A stretch of 18,918 bases of DNA from Nanohaloarchaea archaeon B1-Br10_U2g1 (GTDB taxonomy: Archaea; Nanohalarchaeota; Nanosalinia; Nanosalinales; Nanosalinaceae): positions 1 to 18,918 of the forward strand of contig LKMN01000014.1 of the NCBI GenBank assembly GCA_001563875.1, given 5' to 3'. Position numbers and translations under genes: made by a program. Below, one piece after another: positions 15,853-18,918 of this stretch (within the stretch, counting starts at the first letter, position 1; every line of letters begins with the position of its first letter). A model generated the notes under the pieces. That model was not told where the DNA came from. It saw nothing but the letters and a program-made list of their open reading frames with translations, and did not search any database.

Positions 15853-15988
15853 TTTCTAGCTAAAGGCCTCTACATCCTCATCTTTATGTTTATGTTTCGA
15901 ACTCATTCACTCGATATCCGGAGAGAAAGTCCTAGGTTCTCTCACAACCTATATAGTTGCGTTTAATCTGGACGCCTTGAGAGGTTTC

Positions 15989-15996
15989 AATAAAAA
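15989..15996 (-). terminator. Putative U-tract terminator of the surface-protein gene
   Basis: Minus-strand TTTTTATT about 20 nt after the stop at 16015. Confidence 0.35.
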
Positions 15997-16014
15997 TTAT
16001 TTAATCACAAAGTT

Positions 16015-18918
16015 CTAAATCCGGAAGAAGAATATTGCGGTAGCAGTCAGCATCAGCACCATTACTTGTAAAATTCCTATTCCTGGTATTGCCTCAGGCT
16101 CTCCTTCTACTACATCATCTGGATCAACCTCTTCTACTACGTCAACATTTACCGAGTCTGATCCTTCTACTTCCCCATCAACGCTTTCAGCCTGGATCTC
16201 AAGTTCGCTGTTATCTATATCGATATTTCCTCCTGTCATGGCTATAGTGAACCTTTCGGACTCCTGAGGACCCAAGGTTACTTCGAAGCTTGAGCCTGAC
16301 TCCTCTACAAACTCTGAGTGTGTAAAGATCTGTGGATCGTCCTCATATGTGTTGTCAACCATCTCTACTTCGAAAGTTCTTTCCACGTTGTCAACGTTTA
16401 GTACCGTGAGCCCTGTTGTCCTTTCTTCTCCTAGTCCTACTTGTACGTTACTTTCATCCAGTACCACCGGCCATGTATCATACCATGTACCTCCGAAGCA
16501 TGAAATGCTTCCACCGTCTACATCTTCAAAGTTTATCTGTTCTCCTTGTTCGTAAAGTGCTCTGTCCTCTGAAGGATCGAATTCGTAGCTGCCGTCATCT
16601 TCAGGAGTGTTTTGGCTTTCACTACCATCGAATACACAGTAGTCAGTGCTTGAAGCCGCACCTTTAACGCTTCTATCGGTTTCAACTAATTCGCTGCTGG
16701 ACTGCTGTGTAACCAAGTGTTCTCCTTCATCGTCTCCTACACAGAAACCTAGTGAGGCAGTGTAGTCTCTGTTTGTTCCTGTAGGTACAGGTGTGATATC
16801 CTCTGACTGGAAGTTGGTGTTGCTATCCCAGCTATCGCCTTCAGGATCTGATTCATATCTTTCGTATTCAGAGAATCTTTGGTAGTTCTGTGACATATAG
16901 TCGTTCCAGGAGTCATCGATACCTCCTGTTACAGCGTGAGGATGGTTCTGTACATAATCCTCATCCAGCCATCTCTTGGCGTCGGTACCGTATAAAGTGT
17001 TTTCACGGCAGAAGCTTTCAGAGTCTTCTCCTTGTTTGAAGTCTTGGTCGTACCATGTGCCTAGTCCGTCCGGATTGGTTGAACAGAATTCATCGTCTTG
17101 TTTAAGACGTCCTTCTTCCTCTCCCGGTTCGTTCAGCTGGTGGTATGAGTCATCTCCGAAGTCTGATCTTACGAACTTTTCTTCCTCACTTATGAAGCAC
17201 ATGTCTCTTTCTGTTGCACAAGCGTAGTGTCCTTCGTACTGTTCTGACTCGTTCGGTGCTTCTCCCATCTCCTCTATTAGGTACTCTCTTTGATCATCTC
17301 CACATACAGGAGGTTCTAAAGGCTCTCTCATCTGTCCGTCTTCGTCTTTTTCCCATGAGATCTCAGCAAAGTTCACGTGTGAGCTTTCTCTTTGCTCTAC
17401 AACTTCTCCCTGTTCTAGATCGTACGCCGTATGATAGTCTAGGTCGTATCCAAGACCAGAGTCAGGTCCTGTTAGATCTATATCAAACGTTATGAAGTCT
17501 CTCCATCCCTCCTCAGAATCGCTGCTTATACCGGGATGTGTTTCATCTATATTTCCTTGCTGCCAGTGGTAGTAGACATCGTCAGGATCTATCCAGAAAC
17601 CATCTCCTTCTCTGATCTCCACACCGTAGTCGTCTTCTCCGAGATTTTGTGCCGCTACAACGGCTAAAGAGTTTGAGAACGCTCTATCATCTTTAAGCAC
17701 CGAGCTATCCGTATACTCGCTTCTAGTAGGTCCTGTGTAGTCTTCCTGGTAATGTATACCTGTATCACTGCTGGTGTAAGTTCCTGAGTCAGAGTCTCCA
17801 AACGTTGTGTAAGGTACGCCCGTAGCATCTACCGCCCAGTCTCTATCTTCAGTATAGGCGTACTGTATTGCGCTGTCTTCATCTGCGTGAGTATCCTGAT
17901 ACCACTCAGTGTTAGCGGAGTCGTAGTCGTTATGATCACTGTCTCTCTGATGACCATATCTTGAGTCTCCATCTATACGCCTTATCTGGTTGACATAACC
18001 TTCAAATACGGGATCTATAGATACTAAGTTGCCTGTAGCGAACTCATTAAACGTATGGTGTTTATCTTCTCCCTGCGGGTGGTAGTCCGCATCCCTAACA
18101 TATCCATCTGTTTCCCCATGTATTGACTCGAAGAAGCCGAAGTAATGGCCGTCTCTAGCGTTCAGGCCGTCAGAACCGTCCGTTCCATCGGTTCCCCGGA
18201 TTTCGTCTTCGTGGTCTCCACATTCAACACCAGGACCACAGTCGGCCAAAAGGCTTGTTCCAAGCTCTTCGCCTTTAGGACTATAGTAGTTGTCTGCAGC
18301 GCTAGGATGCTCGGCGTAGTAGTAGTCTATATGATGATATTCCTCGCCAGTATTCATAGTCTCTGTTCCTGACGCTTCAGTTCTCTGATTGTCAGGATCT
18401 AGATTGATGTCATGGTTGTTCCCGTTTCTCAAATATTCGTTCACCCTTGGGTCATCGAGATCGTACCACTGTCCTCCATAGCCTTCGTTGTTAGGGTTGT
18501 TATGTCTGTAATTGTACGGCTTGTCGTCATATTCTGTATCAACATTAGAATCCCTGATATTGAGACATACCTGCCAGTCAGGACTGTCTCCACCTTCTTC
18601 ATATCCTTCCTCTGTGAAGTACTGATGCTTACCAATAGATGCTACGTTCTTTACTGTTCCTTCAGCGAACGCAAAATGTTTGTTCACACATGCGTTCTCA
18701 TCTATCTCTTGGTCGAACTGATCTGTCTGACCATCGTCCCATTCAAGACATGTTTGCTCGTGAAGCAGGTAATCATCAACAGTATCTTGGTCAACCTGAG
18801 GTCCTTCCATCAGTATCTTGTGCTGGTCGTCTTTAGCTCCACAGGACTGAGGTAGAGGTGCTATATTGTCTCCTTCTTGCATGTAGTCACAGTCAATCAG
18901 GTCGTCTCCTCTATCGTC
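16015..18918 (-). CDS. Large acidic cell-surface protein, 5'-truncated by the window edge; C-terminal Ig-like region and PGF-CTERM-like anchor
   Basis: Frame stays open upstream of ATG 18882 to the edge (DDRGDDLIDCDY). Very D/E-rich with 14 Cys in the listed 955 aa; beta-rich stalk; ends AIPGIGILQVMVLMLTATAIFFFRI (PG motif, hydrophobic helix, Arg). Confidence 0.88.
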   Translation of the reverse strand, partial: DDRGDDLIDCDYMQEGDNIAPLPQSCGAKDDQHKILMEGPQVDQDTVDDYLLHEQTCLEWDDGQTDQFDQEIDENACVNKHFAFAEGTVKNVASIGKHQYFTEEGYEEGGDSPDWQVCLNIRDSNVDTEYDDKPYNYRHNNPNNEGYGGQWYDLDDPRVNEYLRNGNNHDINLDPDNQRTEASGTETMNTGEEYHHIDYYYAEHPSAADNYYSPKGEELGTSLLADCGPGVECGDHEDEIRGTDGTDGSDGLNARDGHYFGFFESIHGETDGYVRDADYHPQGEDKHHTFNEFATGNLVSIDPVFEGYVNQIRRIDGDSRYGHQRDSDHNDYDSANTEWYQDTHADEDSAIQYAYTEDRDWAVDATGVPYTTFGDSDSGTYTSSDTGIHYQEDYTGPTRSEYTDSSVLKDDRAFSNSLAVVAAQNLGEDDYGVEIREGDGFWIDPDDVYYHWQQGNIDETHPGISSDSEEGWRDFITFDIDLTGPDSGLGYDLDYHTAYDLEQGEVVEQRESSHVNFAEISWEKDEDGQMREPLEPPVCGDDQREYLIEEMGEAPNESEQYEGHYACATERDMCFISEEEKFVRSDFGDDSYHQLNEPGEEEGRLKQDDEFCSTNPDGLGTWYDQDFKQGEDSESFCRENTLYGTDAKRWLDEDYVQNHPHAVTGGIDDSWNDYMSQNYQRFSEYERYESDPEGDSWDSNTNFQSEDITPVPTGTNRDYTASLGFCVGDDEGEHLVTQQSSSELVETDRSVKGAASSTDYCVFDGSESQNTPEDDGSYEFDPSEDRALYEQGEQINFEDVDGGSISCFGGTWYDTWPVVLDESNVQVGLGEERTTGLTVLNVDNVERTFEVEMVDNTYEDDPQIFTHSEFVEESGSSFEVTLGPQESERFTIAMTGGNIDIDNSELEIQAESVDGEVEGSDSVNVDVVEEVDPDDVVEGEPEAIPGIGILQVMVLMLTATAIFFFRI

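Noticed and set aside
15856-15906. 16-aa minus-strand ORF MSSKHKHKDEDVEAFS
   Set aside because: Too short to support; the SD-like GAGTGA abuts the ATG with no spacer; no recognisable homology.
745-18855. Many antisense or overlapping ORFs in the track (e.g. 3460-4089 -, 13105-13629 -, 14391-15224 -, 18412-18855 +)
   Set aside because: Ser/Phe/Leu-rich shadows of Glu/Lys-rich sense genes; they lie opposite or inside well-supported genes and show no motifs.
18880-18882. ATG 18882 as the true start of the surface protein
   Set aside because: The frame is open to the window edge and no signal peptide follows this Met.
1-18918. CRISPR array, IS element, provirus or intein
   Set aside because: No regularly spaced repeats, transposase, integrase or capsid genes seen; conserved proteins have normal lengths.

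Overview
Gene-dense archaeal core-genome window with a strongly acidic proteome. The combination of acidic proteins, a complete exosome core, an intron-containing tRNA-Ile(UAU) and a large Cys/Asp-rich surface protein points to a halophilic DPANN archaeon, most likely Nanohaloarchaeota (inference). Left to right: tRNA-Ile(UAU) with a 56-nt BHB intron (-); a reduced proteasome/exosome superoperon (+) psmA-SBDS-rrp4-rrp41-rrp42-rpl37ae-rpoP-pcc1-pfdB followed by UPF0147 and sepF; on (-) an orphan 204-aa gene, a C4 zinc-finger/coiled-coil microprotein, aCPSF1/FttA and psmB; a divergent minimal DEAD-box helicase (+); proS (-); mre11-rad50 (+); and the 3' part of a large acidic surface protein (-) with a PGF-CTERM-like anchor, open at the window edge. 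rpoP (4448-4588) is missing from the ORF track. No mobile element, CRISPR array or defence system is visible. The most unusual items are the UAU-anticodon Ile tRNA with uneven AUA codon use, a cysteine-free eL43, the clustering of RNA- and protein-degradation genes, hairpins at predicted transcript 5' ends, and active-site variants in Mre11/Rad50 and the helicase. I cannot show a wholly new system from sequence alone; these are leads.
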